This document shows, piece by piece, positions 25,378 to 38,345 of a stretch of 64,000 bases of DNA. This DNA comes from Balanoglossus misakiensis (lineage: Eukaryota > Animalia > Hemichordata), in the NCBI GenBank assembly GCA_040954595.2, contig CM082587.2, positions 10,173,403-10,237,402 on the forward strand, written 5' to 3'. A model generated the notes under the pieces. That model saw only the letters and a program-made list of their open reading frames with translations. It was not told the DNA's origin and ran no database searches. How positions within the stretch are numbered: position 1 is the first letter of the stretch; every line of letters starts with the position of its first letter. The position numbers and the translations under genes are program-made.

Positions 25378-26140
25378 AAATGTTTTGTTTTCTTAACTTA
25401 AAACTCAGCAACTTCAATATACACTTGCAGTTTTCGTTCATAAGTCTTTTAACGGGATTACTTTGTACAGCAGCAAACGCAGCAGAATTGATACGCTGGC
25501 TTATAGTTTAATTCCATGTAGTATTTCTCTCTGTAAACAGAGTGTCTTTATGTGATGGGCTGAGGCCCTGACATTTGAAATAAACAATTCTATTCTGTAT
25601 TTCTGTATTCGTTTTCAATCTACAAGATGTATTGGAAAACAAGAAATTCTTGGTGAGAAAAGTTTTATGAATTCATTTGTGGGAAATCTTAAATATTTGT
25701 GTATTGTAATTGTTTTAGCGAAATTTGTACAACTGATAAGTTTTCAAATATTGCACTTTACGTCACCTGTACCAGAACAATGCCTCTTAGTTGTTTAAAA
25801 TCTTACGCATATATGAAAATGTTGGCACGATTAAAGCCCCATGAGCTCCAATTCGAAAAAAATGCAATATTTCACTTTAAAAAATACGGGAATTTTCGAC
25901 TATACTGATATTTCTTGGATTTTTGGACCATTTTGTCATAAATAACAGTTATCTTGATTTACAATCAGACAAAATCATTTATGATGTTTGATAAAAGGCA
26001 CCGTTATGTTATTCTACATCTGGATATGTAGTGAATCAACGTTCGACCACACACAACTCCCATCCCATTTGTAAGATATGACAGTAAAAATCTCGACAAA
26101 ATGTATAAAAGGTAAACACCGATTATTCATTTTGGCGAGT

Positions 26141-26430
26141 TTTTCGGTCCCATTGGTATGTACCATGGGACCTTATGGGATCGGTTGCGTCTGTATGTAT
26201 GGATGGATGGATGGATGTATGTCCGTCCACATCAAAAACCTGAAAACCGCTGCGTGTATCACCTTGATATTTGGTGTGCTGATGCAGGCTGGGCTGTAGA
26301 TGGGAGTTTGTTCAAATGAAGTTGTCATTGCCAAAACTATGCAAATTAACTGGAAAAATGTGAATTTTGGGAAAACTCAGTAACTCACGAACTACTGGTC
26401 AGATTGCTTTGCAAAGTGATGTGTATTTAC
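26141..26430 (+). mobile_element. HINE/Helentron-like non-autonomous element, 5' part
   Basis: T-run, then hairpin GGTCCCATTGGTA..TACCATGGGACC, then a (TGTA/TGGA)n microsatellite and core sequence. This is the typical HINE/DINE-1 layout. Confidence 0.55.
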
Positions 26431-26436
26431 TTTAAT

Positions 26437-26740
26437 ATTGAGTTGTTTTAATGAGGCAGGAAGCCCCCATCCTGTGATTCATATAAACACAGCAAATTCC
26501 TGAATGATTACATAACTGGCTAAGTTTTAAAGAGGCCAGCTGTTCTATTTAGTTTATGTACAGTACATATGCCATTGGCAGCTTATGGGTCAGTCAGTGT
26601 TTGCCCATTGATCTCTCGCTATGTGTGTGTGTGTGTGCACGTGTGTGCCTGTCTGTCTGTATATGGCCATGTGCTCCGGTGTAGACTTTTTCTTGTGTAA
26701 TCACTCAATGGGACCACCGTGTCCTTGACGCGATTTTTTC
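26437..26740 (+). repeat. Dispersed repeat; second copy at about 62317-62585, upstream of the tyrosine-recombinase remnant
   Basis: Shared CAGCAAATTCCTGAATGATTACATAACTGGC...GTCCTTGACGCGATTTTT. Confidence 0.8.
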
Positions 26741-26969
26741 ACTCTCGTGTCTACAAGTGGGATGGAAGGTGTGTGTGGTTGAACGTTCATTCACTATATA
26801 TCCACATATATATTAACATAAACGGTGTCTTCTCTTTAATAAACAGAATTAAAAGCATATCCGGAACTATTTAAAGCTTAATGTTTTTTTTTTCCATTTG
26901 CAGCTCAAGAGCCTTTAAGGTCAAACATTGTGTTTAGCAGAGCTCGTTTTATTTTAGTTGCAATTTGTG

Positions 26970-27225
26970 GTTGACCATACTCACCTGTATGAAATGATTG
27001 GATCAGATTGTAATCTCTTCTGTCTGTAAGAGTTCATTTGATTCGTTTACTACATTCACGCACCTGTACATTAAATGATTGGGACTGTAATCCGTTATTT
27101 CTGTAAACTTGTATCTGATTGGTTGACTTTACTCTGTGGAACATGAAATGATTGGATTGTAATCTATTCTCTGTGAGAAAGTTGGTCTGATTAGTTGACC
27201 ATATTCACCTGTGCATGAAATGATT
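26970..27225. repeat. Degenerate ~75-bp minisatellite, about 3.5 copies
   Basis: Recurring GTTGACCATA..CACCTGT..ATGAAATGATTGGA..TGTAATC. Confidence 0.7.
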
Positions 27226-27925
27226 ATTGTAAAATGTCGTCAAATAAATCAATAAAGTATAGAAAAAGAAACTAGCGCGTGGAGTTTTTTATCATTAAAA
27301 TTATGCTGAAATAGTCTACTTCGTCTTCTTCGTAAACTTCATCAAGTTGAAGATTTTGCAAGTTGTCCGCAGCTAAATTTCTAAATAGATGCACTGTCAC
27401 GACTGAGTTTTAACGCTCATAGATCTTTTCTATGATTACGTAAGAATTCATTCACTTGTATGGTTTTAGTCCAGTATTGACATAGGTACTTGACCCAGAG
27501 TAAACAAGATTGTGTAATTGATACATGTCAGAACGAGATAGAGATATCACGCGCTAAGTTCATGTTTAAGAAATATTAAGATGACGTGTTCCTTGACTAA
27601 TGTATTAATAAGGTGTGGTGAAATTGGAGATCACACGATTATCACCTGAGATCCGTGATACGAGTCAACGAGTATGGATCGAGTCGTGTAATTCTTACGT
27701 GTGACCAGTAATAAACCAGAACTTTGTGTTACTCGGAGAACTTGTTGTAAGTCTCTGTCTACGAAAGGTTTACGATCTGCCGGGTACCTCTCTCAGACTC
27801 TATGAATATGTTGGGTGGAGAAGGAGATGGAGAGAATTTACACTCTCAGCCTTCGGACGTGGCTGATTCCCCACAGAAGCCGATGAGGTAAACGTCCGAA
27901 GGATGAAGGGGCGTAACAGCTTGCA

Positions 27926-28522
27926 TTGGAGAGCAAGTATAACAGGATAGTGGCCAATGCCTCTGTTCCCGAACTCACTGATTTGACGTCCTGCATCTGG
28001 GCAAAAAGTACAAGTGAAAGGTCACACGTAAAAGGACTTACTTTGGTGTCGTACAGTGCAGAAACCGGCACGCCTGACGAATTCTGTATGGACAGCAAAC
28101 AAAATTTTGACATCAAAGAATATCGGAAAAAAACGTCAGCGGGCGGAGGGATCGGTAGTTCATGGCAACACCTGTGCGTCACGTGGTCTTCTGCAGAGGG
28201 GAAATGGCAATACTACCGCAACGGTGTCATGGTTAGCAGTGGTGCGCGTTTCAGGAGGGGCGACAAGGTTTCTGGTGGGGGCCTTATAGTTTTTGGACAA
28301 GACCAAGACACTTTTGGAGGGTCTTTCGATAAAAACCAAGCTTTTCTCGGCAGTCTGACGGAATTCAACATGTTGTCCAGAGTTCTGAGTGCCGACGAAG
28401 TTGCCGAAGTCAAACGTGACTGTAATGGTGCCCTCAACGGCGACGTCTTCGCTTGGAATACGGATTTGATCGATGTAATGGGCGATGCATGTTGGAGATT
28501 TGAACGCGTTTGTTGTGAGTAA
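27926..28522 (+). CDS. Pentraxin (CRP/SAP/neuronal pentraxin-like) domain; start not resolved, possibly a pseudogene or terminal exon
   Basis: Pentraxin signature WQHLCVTWSS, plus GGGLIVFGQDQDTFGGSFD, FLGSLTEFNM and GDVFAW. The ORF opens on TTG just after an in-frame TAA. Confidence 0.8.
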   Translation: MESKYNRIVANASVPELTDLTSCIWAKSTSERSHVKGLTLVSYSAETGTPDEFCMDSKQNFDIKEYRKKTSAGGGIGSSWQHLCVTWSSAEGKWQYYRNGVMVSSGARFRRGDKVSGGGLIVFGQDQDTFGGSFDKNQAFLGSLTEFNMLSRVLSADEVAEVKRDCNGALNGDVFAWNTDLIDVMGDACWRFERVCCE

Positions 28523-28674
28523 AGTGTTGGGGTTTTTGAACACTGAAGAATGCAAGATCCATTCCATGGCGCCATTCCATTCTCAACCATATTTTACATT
28601 CTCAGTGTCTTTAAATAATTTGGCGTACATTGGTTCATTTACTAGATTACGTACCCGTTACGTGTAAACATTAA

Positions 28675-28863
28675 AGGTATACAGTCACCTCCAATTCACG
28701 GCAAATGGCAAAAATGGCGTATATATGTAGCTGAGTGTTCTGAAGAACATATGGTGGCCTCTTTTTATCACTTGTACCATGCACCCACTGAAAATCTGTG
28801 ATTGACTCGATCTCAGTTTGCTATGGGAACTACAGCTCCATTTTCAAAGGTGACCGTATACAT
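28675..28863. mobile_element. 189-bp MITE with a TTAA TSD (Kolobok-type termini)
   Basis: TTAA|AGGTATACAGTCACCT ... AGGTGACCGTATACAT|TTAA. Confidence 0.8.
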
Positions 28864-29729
28864 TTAATGAGTAGGGACAATGTTTTACAGACTAAAACAA
28901 AATGACGAAAACGGTTACAAGATGTCTGCCAGTGTCAACAGTGAAACTGATACCTCATGATAAGTTACTATCATAAAGTAAAAAAAAATAGTTTCAAGAC
29001 ATCCTGCATAGTCTGTATCATGTTGCCCCAATTCATTAACACTCGCCAAAACCTACTCAGTCCTTGCAGTGACAAACCAGGAACTGTCCGTCAAATTTGG
29101 CTCATATCCGATCTGCCTTTCTTGCGATGGTAAATAAATTTTATACAAACAAGGGATTTTAAAATATTTTCAGCAAAACTTTACAAATGAAGCAGATTTA
29201 AAAGATCTTGGATGTAATCAAAATCACTTTATGATTTGGATTGGTATTCTTGATGCTGGTCCGTCACAGTGGAAAAGGTGTGACCAGCTCATGAATATTA
29301 ATAATCTCATTAATATTCATGAGCGACCACCAATTTGTTTTGGCTTGGCAGAACCCTGTGACCGAGTTCTGGTTACACCAGAACTGCCTGTTGTTGTTTT
29401 TTAAACACCTTGAACACACCACTGCTATTCACTATTTTAGAGGGAGGTTGAATGTCAGAGTACGTTTCATACTTGTTTCGATCACTTGTGTCGTGAGATT
29501 TGGAAGTACATTTTTTTTCTCTCCAATGTGTCTAGGGTTGAAAATAAAACACTTGCAATTATTTCTGCTATTTCAATCGTTTAACTTTATTTAACATCTG
29601 TTGGGTTTTCTACACGTTGAAGCACATTTCTCTTGATCATTTCAAAATTAACATGTGCCTTCTTTCAACAAAAAGTAAAGTTAACATATTCTACCTGTGA
29701 GTTGTGACATTTTCACCTAAATTTATCTG

Positions 29730-31861
29730 TTACACAACAGGTCTTATTTTCATCTCGGTATTCTTCAAAGAGTAGTAATACGTTTTCCATGCATTCCAAG
29801 TTACCCCTTTGGCGTACTGATCCGTCTGTCCGCCGAGGTACAGACCATTCAAATTGGAACTATGACATTCAGTATACCACCATGCCCCATTGTACAACCG
29901 AGCACAGCTCCCTGACGCATACTCATCATTGACCCTATCCCTGGTTGAGAAATACTTGGTTGCGTGTCCGCCGAGACTATCCCCTGTAGAAAACACACAA
30001 GAGGAATAACATACTCTATTCATTGTTTTATTAAAGGGACATTATTTTTTGGCTATATTTTCAGTACTTTCGTTCTGTGTACCAAATGTAATTTCTTGTT
30101 CTACATCAAACAGCCTGCTTATATATATCCGGTATATGTACCTACACTGCTTGTCAACATAACTATAGCCGTAGGTATTTAACGGCCGATGTTATTGTTG
30201 CGAATACATGCATAACCACAATGTTTATAATTCAAACAGCTGTAAACATTAAAAAAAACAACTTTTGCTTAATTGTACCGGATGAACGTTGGTGTTTATG
30301 TGCATTTCATAAATAACAAAGATGTATATGCTAATTTTGATGTCTGCAAGAACATCCTTATTGACAAACGTGTACAGTACAACAGTACAGGAATGTGGCG
30401 AGACATGTTTGCATGGCAAAACTAATGTCTTCCTACCTGCGTTTCCGGTATATTCTCCAAGAGTCAGTTTATATTTACTGAATTCATCACCAATGACGAA
30501 TCTATCATATTTTGCGTATCTGGTTTCGTTGTCAAAGTCTTCCATGTCGATTCTGAGTTCGTAAGTCCGTTGATTTGTCAATCGATGCAGATTATCATTT
30601 CCCAGCCAGAACTCGGCAGCAGGAAACCCGAATCCGTTTTTGTAGTCACTCCAGTAACGGTAGAAATCTAAGCTACCATCGCGTCTCCTTTGAAATACCT
30701 TGTACTAAAATGCTAAGAATGGTCGTGAAAACCATCAACGCCAGACTGAGACCAATTAAGGTGTACCTTCCACGGGAATTACTTTCAATTGGACACCATG
30801 AAATCGGAAGTAGCTAAATTGCAAAAATATAAAAAATACCAAAAGTGATCGGCTTTCAGCCGGTGAGAAAACAATTGTATCAGGCAATCTATCACAATCG
30901 TGTATTCCGGAACTATAGTTTTACACGTTTGAATACATTAACAGTTTTCTTTCGAAGCAGCGCTTTTATTTTAAGGAATAATACTAGCCCTGCTTCGCTA
31001 ATTATTCTAATATACACATACCGTCCAACCTCCGTTATCTGTCTCCATATAATAGACTTTGAATGTGGTTCCGTCGTCCATGGGTTGCACAGTGTACACG
31101 CCACTTGGAGTTTCTTTGTTCCGCCGATAAATATCATAGCAATCCAACCGTGGCCGACGCTCTAAAATACACGCATAATCTTTGAATCATTATTGACGCT
31201 TAGATAATCGATCAAATCCAGAACGTGTACGTCTAAGATAAGAGGAGTCTGATGATTCTAAAATAATTATTGATGAAATTTGATGTGACATATGGCGAAA
31301 GTAGAGCTCCGTATAACACATGAATAAGTGCTGGCATATTATTTGCTAAGCGTATATTAGTTCTATGGGTCAAAACTGACGTCATTATGTACATCGGTAC
31401 ACAACGGGATGCGAATCACTATTTTCTGAACAGCGATAAATTTTCGATATTATTGTGCATCTTTATCTCCCAAACCTATATTATTTTAACAAGTATTTGA
31501 TATTCCAGAAGGCATAAGCTTACTAGTATGATCAAAAATAATGAACCGCAATGATGAAATGGCGCTTACATAAAGGACCCTAGCTTCATGGTACCACAGT
31601 TTTAGATTGAACGGCACAATACAAGGAGTTAGCAACAACGTCTTTTCATGCTAACTGTAACATCAGAATCGCGCCATCTCAATGGATATATAGGCACTCC
31701 GACACACAAGCTCGGTCCGAAAGGCCCGTATCATTATCAGTGTGCAGAAATTAATACTTGCCTTGTTTGTGATCGGTTTCCACATGTTCGTCTGTAAGTA
31801 ACACATTAGCAGGTAATACCAGTAACAGTATGAATGTCACCCATACACACGTAAACTCCAT
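29730..31861 (-). CDS. Secreted fibrinogen-related domain protein (FReD; ficolin/MFAP4/tachylectin-5-like), about 251 aa. Exons 31861-31762, 31161-31022, 30698-30437 and 29983-29730
   Basis: Signal peptide MEFTCVWVTFILLLVLP. Motifs DC..IY, GVYT, GGWTVFQRR.DGS.DFYR.W..YK.GFG, EFWLGND, GAWWY..CH.SNLNG and EMKIRP. Intron phases are compatible (1, 0, 1). Confidence 0.9.
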
Positions 31862-32489
31862 TTTACAATATATCTGGAGAGAAAAAACAACCACGTGACT
31901 TCACCTAAATTGGTTTGATAACATGGGAAACATGTAGGCGAGCATAATGGTTTTCGGAGATTGAGATCATGTTTAGATCATATATGCGTTTTGTATTCTG
32001 TCGTTGGAAAAAATACAGTAACACAATTTAGAAACAAGTATTTCATTCCGATAAAATGCAGCAATTTTCCACCTTTCTGAATTAGCGTCTTCGGAGAAGT
32101 ATCGGTAAAAACCTTCGAAGTTTCGGAATAATGCTGTCTATATCAACCTCACGTGTAGACTGACACATGACCAGTAATGCTCCCGAGTGAAATTTTGTCC
32201 AATGATGCAATTTACTGCCGAAAAATTGGTGATAATAAGCTCTCTGCGTTTCGTCTAAAGGGCGACTCTAGTTCAGTGCCGATATAACATCACGCATATT
32301 GTTTCACCTGGCGTTGTGTTCACATTAGACAGATCTGGAATATATGGCGCACGCTCTTACATATATGAATGAGTGAAATGTTGTACTTACCACTGAGTGG
32401 ATGTATGCGTTGGCACAACCTGTTGACTGGCGAAATGAAACTTCCTAATGTTAACGAGAAGGGCTTGTCACAAAATTATTTCGAAGAAA

Positions 32490-32880
32490 ATATGAATGGT
32501 ACATCAATTACACTAATTAAAGGCTGCTGGAGTCATATATTTCAAACAAATTAACTACTTTAACACGGATGTTTCTCAGCATGGCGAAGGTAGACTTATG
32601 TTGGGTTTCATGCTTGTACAAACTGATTATTTGAACTATAATGAAAGGAGACAGTTTAGAAGTCTGCTGGAGCTAAACATTTCACACAAATTAAATACAC
32701 TGGTACGGAGGTTTCTCAGCAAAGGTAGAATTTATTGTGTTTTATTGTGTGTACACAATTTATTCGAAAAAATAATGACAGGTACATTTCATTAGAGGGC
32801 TGCTAGAGCCATACATTTTGCACCAAGTAAACATGGGGGCGGAGGATTCTCAGCACGACAAAGGTCAGATGTTGGGAATT
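32490..32880. repeat. Three degenerate ~140-bp tandem repeats
   Basis: Recurring GGCTGCTGGAG..ACATTT..CAAATTAA..CGGA.GTTTCTCAGC..AAGGTAGA. Confidence 0.55.
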
Positions 32881-34440
32881 CATGAGTTATATGTACTTTA
32901 CTTGTTTGTGGATAATATATCTGGTTGAACGAGACATGTATGTAGAGTGTACAGGCAGACAAAAATGAAATTGTGACTGATACGATTTCTACCAGATGGG
33001 TTATGTCTTAGGCCTGATTGTAATCAGTCACCATGAAAAAGAAAAAGTCGGTCCAGTGGACCTTTCTGTGTTATCAAGAATACGTGGAATACTTGCATAA
33101 AGTCTCTCAGTGTACGAAATGATGACAATTTGTACATTAAAAGGAGTTTAAATAATTACCGCTTTTTCTGTATTGCAATAGAAAATAATGTTGTTAGTCA
33201 GCTCTAAACAAATTTTCTTCTGAAACAACTTGGTATCCCAAGGAAATAAACTTTGCCACAGAGTTAAAAAAAAAGGCTTTTATCCTCTGCCATTAGAGTT
33301 CTTATTACAATAATTGGCTTGATTTAGAAGTGCCTACCTCTATATCTTTCACCGAATGTTTCGCCTAGTGTGTCTACAATAGAGTGGACTTTGTTTGCAG
33401 TTGGCCATCACCATGGACAACTTTTCGTATAAACCAAATTGACCAAAGAAGGTCACAAGGGACTTCGTGACTTTGTCTCTTTGATGGGACTACCTCAATA
33501 TAGGCCTATTAGCTAATATGAAGTGACTATAATACACATGAGAGTGACACCGACTACTCGGAAATCCATAAAATATTGCTATTTTAACTTCAATGGTAAG
33601 AAATATTGATTTTCACGTATCACGTCTGTGTGGGGTACGATTTCAGGCTGTTCAAACATACAGAGCGAGCATCGAATCTCGCGTAAATGAAATAATGCGT
33701 TTCTCCATTTTATCTGATCGTAAAATTATTTTAGTTGGCCTCGCGAGATAATCGAGAAATTCTAAAGTAACCATGACAAATTTCCATATGAAAGAATTCT
33801 CAATGAGCAGAGAAAATAAAACCATTGGCCTGTGAATAATGACCCCATGGTTAATTATGGTTCACATGTCAAGAATGTCCGGCAATCCCCGAAATGACTA
33901 ACGAGGTAACGTGCACGTTAATTCCAGGCGGAACAAATGTGTAAACAAAGATAAGACTGGTTGTTAACTGAGTTGAATTACACACATTGGGATTCGGGAG
34001 TGTGGGATAGAGAGTGTGGGATCAAATCGACCCCACACACTGTGTTAATGCGCACACAGACAACTGTTATCTGACACTAGTTCTGATTGGAGAATGATAT
34101 TCGTACCCCTTAGAACGAGCAAATTTTATCCAATTGTGTGAATTGTGGATGTGTTGTACACGAACCGGAACTACAATGTGATCAGGTCATGTGCAGACGA
34201 CAGTGGTGTATGTGGTTGGCGACAGACTCGCAAAAAGTTTAAAACGGTTGATGTTGGCGAAGTGGAACCATTACAACCACAGGAGTATTGCACAATTTGA
34301 ATTTAACATATACTCCCAATATACAGGTAAAGTCACAATCAATTAATATTTAGTCATTGATGATATCAAGTGGGAAAGACGTGGTCGTCGACACCATTCT
34401 ATAGCCATATGTACTATGAAAAAAGTGAGCGTTTTATCAC

Positions 34441-35993
34441 TGGCACACATTTTTGCCATTGAATGCAGTAAATTTTTTACTTTGTCAATTATATTTCGAT
34501 ATAGAAAATTGTAAATCTATGTCTACACTTCGGCGATGACTCAACATACATGTACAGTGTGTGGTATTGGCAGTAAAGTGTATTGGACGAATTTATATGA
34601 AGAAGTGTGTAAAAGAAAGATGTGCACATTCAGAGCTAGGGGGCGCTATTTACCGAGACCATGCCCATCTCCTCTCAACAAATGCAGCATTGAGTTGTCA
34701 AAATTAATAAAGTGCAACCACAATTCCCTTAAATAGATAGGGCAATTTTCTAAACAACTCGAACTGTGTGTTAAGCTTTAATAAATTGTTTGGTCGTATT
34801 TAGTGTTTGACGTTGAAAATCACACTTTATTTACTGTCACAAGATGGTGGGAAATACCCTAGCCAACTGTGACATGAGTTTAGAATTGCCCAAAATCATC
34901 GTCGCAAACCACGGCCCTTTTACGGCAGCGCTCTGCTCCCCGCAAAAAGGCCGTGGTATAATACGGCCATGTATTTAGTATTTGGTCTAGGCGCTTTCAT
35001 AGTACATCCAACAACCAATCAGATTGCTTGTTACATCCCATTCACGCATCTCATTACATCTCATTCTAAACAACATGGCGGCTTCTAGTGGCAGTGCTCT
35101 GAGTCTGAGTGAGAGCGAAGAACATACACGACAGTTGCCGTAACCCCCTGAAGAACCCACATTGGAGATGTGGGCAGCCATTTTTGTTTTGAGCGGAAGT
35201 GCTCTTGTCCCAGCTCTCCTTGAGAGACGGGCTTTGATTGGCCAGATTATAATGATGTCATCTCATGAATATGCATTACCAATATGTTCAAATACCAGCG
35301 CGGTACTCCATTTTAACCAGAGTACGTGATTTCGATAGTGAAACGAAAGAAATCCGTAGTCTGGTGGGGCGAGAATGCCAAAAATAGGAGTTTGAGAACC
35401 AGAGTATTGTACAGAAAAGAACTCACTCACTCACTCACACACAATGAATTATGCCTTAACTAGTCTGTAATTTACACCTAAAACACCGATTTGCAGATTA
35501 AAACTCTAACTACTGTATTCTTGTAATAACGCGGGTGATGAAAGGTTTGCACACACAGTTTCACGACATAAACAGTGTTCACAGTCCCCAGATTACTGTT
35601 AATCGGGTTTCTCGTCCGTCGAACTTTACCAATTTACGCTCGGTTTACTCCACTACTTCTTAGGCCTATACATGTAGGTGTCTCCGGTTGCGAGGTGCGG
35701 TCGAGTCGCTTGTGAAGCGATAGCGACATGACGGCAAACCACGCTACTGACAATAGCAGGAGTCCGGCGAATGCACCGAATAGTTTAGCCCTGTAGTCTG
35801 GCAGATCGTAGAGCAGACAGTTCCCTTGTTCATCGCACGCCGTCCGTCCCCATAACATACACGCCGAGTCGATGAGGGCCCGGTGTATATCGGCGCCGGT
35901 ATAGTGGCTGGAAGGGATTTGTTGTATATCTTAGGCTAGGTTTACAATCATGTCTTCATTATAACCCTGCCAAGTTAGGCGACATACATGTAT
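34441..35993. repeat. Local segmental duplication, paralogous to about 40578-43423, containing the SLCO last exon and 3' flank
   Basis: High identity from TGGCACACATTTTTGCC to GACATACATGTATA. This copy lacks the LTR element and has about 490 bp extra at about 34890-35380. Confidence 0.92.
35634..35907 (-). pseudogene. Duplicated SLCO terminal exon with a 1-nt deletion
   Basis: Encodes TIPAPIY..LIDSACMLWG..CDEQGNCLLYD. Reads GGGCCCGG here versus GGGCCCCGG in the 43300 copy, which shifts the frame. Confidence 0.85.
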
Positions 35994-36039
35994 ATTTAGT
36001 AGTAAGCTTGATTAAAATCAGATGTAGGGAACGGCGACG

Positions 36040-38345
36040 CGTTTTTTTTACAGCCCGGAAACTGTGATGTCGTGAAGACAAAAAAGAATGACAAAGAAAT
36101 CAACAGATCATATTTTGCTCAAAGGCAGAGACTGTACTCACCGAGGCTGTACTTACTGAAAACATGCCAGGCGCCGATGTTGTCCACTTGAGATAATGTT
36201 CACAATTTTGTTCGGAAGTCTTCTTCCAGTTTCCATGTGTCGCACATGTTTTCATTACATACTACATTATGTACACATAGCCGTTCTGTCATTCTTTTAT
36301 GTTTCCAAAGGACCCATATTTAGCTCCCGTGGTTACCTACACGAATTGTTCCGTATGTCTGCCCTTCTGTACATGCCTATTTCTGTGTCATCGATATTCA
36401 AAGAACGGCTCATCACATTTGAACCCAATTTGATGGACATGTAATGATTCAAAATGGCGAGGCTTACCAGTGTTGTGATAAGCCATTGGATGATTTACAA
36501 AACGGTCGCCCCAAAACAAACTACAAGACAATTTGGAGACTCCTCCTAGCGGCTCTGGGGTTTCTTTACTGTGCCGGGCATTTCACAGTAAAACTTCACT
36601 GAGAACCGATACACCGACGTATAACCCTGAACAAGGAGTACATAGATCAGTGTCAAGATGAAACAGACTTTCCTCGACCTGCCCCGTTACCAGAGCAAGG
36701 AGTACTGAGTTCTGTGGCAACATTGCACATAACCTTTTCCTCAACCTGCCCACATGGCTACATCAGTGCACAACAAACAGCTACCCACGCGGCCATGGCT
36801 TGGAGAAGTCTTTGATGTCAGTTCTTTACCCCGGAAACATGAAGACAAAAAAGAATGACATAAGTTTGGCGCAAAGGCAGAAGAAAAACAAGACTGTACT
36901 CACCGAGAACACCCCAGGCGAGGGGACTTACCTGAAATGTTCCATCTCTGTTTGCGCTGTCCACGTATATGCAACGTTGATCCCGTAGACAATATCGTTT
37001 TCTCAATATCTCGAATGTTTCCGTAGCACCGACGCAGTTGTCATATACATGTACGACTGGGTTTCTCAATCTCTTTTACATTCCAACTGTCATCATCCAA
37101 ATATCATGTCTCCTGTCTTCTGGTTCGACGTTTAGGTTAATTTTCTTAATTTCGAACCTGTGATGCACACCTTCCTACTATTTACAACAAAAGTTTAATT
37201 TGATATGTCTATAAATCTTAGAATAGTGGTTTGTTTACTTTGTTTCTCGCTTGACAAAAGTGTTTCCTTACGAATGCTGAGCCCCATTCGGTAAGCCGAT
37301 GCAATTTTACAAATTATCGTTGGGAGTTGCTCGACTTCTTTGGTAAAATGAATGATACTGCTATAATACAATAAAATATGCTAGCTTAATAGATTTGTGC
37401 ATATGGTTTTCAAAGTTGATGTGAAAAATATGGTTCTAATTGTTGGCAAAAGTAACCTTATCTGTCGTTAGTCTAATATTTTAGAGAAAGAAACAACGAC
37501 AACAGTTTTTTTACGGAGCCCTGTAAGCGGTTCTGGGGTCTCTTTTCCGTGCCGGGCATTTCACAGTAAAACTTCACTATGTATTCATACACCAGCGGAG
37601 GGGTGGGTACAAGATTTGACCCTGAACAAGGTCTACAAACGGCGATGGGTCGGCTCGTTCTCTCCCCTTTCACTCAACCACCTGACCCCTGCCTCGACCT
37701 GTTCACTACTGGTGTAATTTCCACAGCTACCCACGTGACCATAGCGTACAAGGGCTTATATATTATGATCACTTTTACCTGGAAATGTCTAGCTGCAAGA
37801 ATTTGTCAAGACAATGACAGATAAGATTACCTTGTACCATTCCCGTGGCATTTTTCGATTGGGAAATTGTCAACTTCATCTGCTATGTGTTACCCCCCTC
37901 AACCCCCCCCCCCCCCACAGTGACTGTGTGTGAAGTCTACCGTTCACGGTAACATAGAAAATTATTTTGCCAAACTTAGAATAGAAAATATATGTTGGAG
38001 TTTATTATTTACATTTATTCACATATGCAGCTCAATTCAAAACACGGTTTTAAAGGACATAAAGTTGTATGCCGGTGCCGAATCACATTGTTTTTTAAAA
38101 TGTAGCAAATTTTGTTGAGTCTTCCAAGCGGTTCTGGGGTCTCTTTACCGTGCCGGGCGTTTCACAGTAAAACTTCACCGTGTACTCCTACGCCAGCGTT
38201 TTTAGTGGAGACAAGGAATGACGGGATGGCCTAACCACCAACATCAGTTCTACTTGTTCAACACCAGTGTACTTCCCCCGGCGTACTTTCCACGGCTACC
38301 CACGTGACCATAGCTTGGCGGTCTCTTTGATGCAACCTCTTAAAG
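36040..38345. repeat. Cluster of diverged direct repeats (3-4 modules)
   Basis: GCGGYTCTGGGGT..GTGCCGGGCRTTTCACAGTAAAACTTCAC at about 36549, 37527 and 38128. GCTACCCACG..CCATRGC at about 36780, 37726 and 38295. GAAGACAAAAAAGAATGACA at 36074 and 36841. Confidence 0.75.

Larger units (their letters stand above)
25835..26914. mobile_element. TTAA-targeting (Kolobok-type) MITE carrying nested insertions
   Basis: TTAA|AGCCCCATGAGCTCCAATTCGAAAAA matches the reverse complement of TTTTTCCATTTGCAGCTCAAGAGCCT|TTAA. Internal arms at about 25990-26100 and 26730-26830 are inverted copies. A related copy lies at about 13935-14110. Confidence 0.65.
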
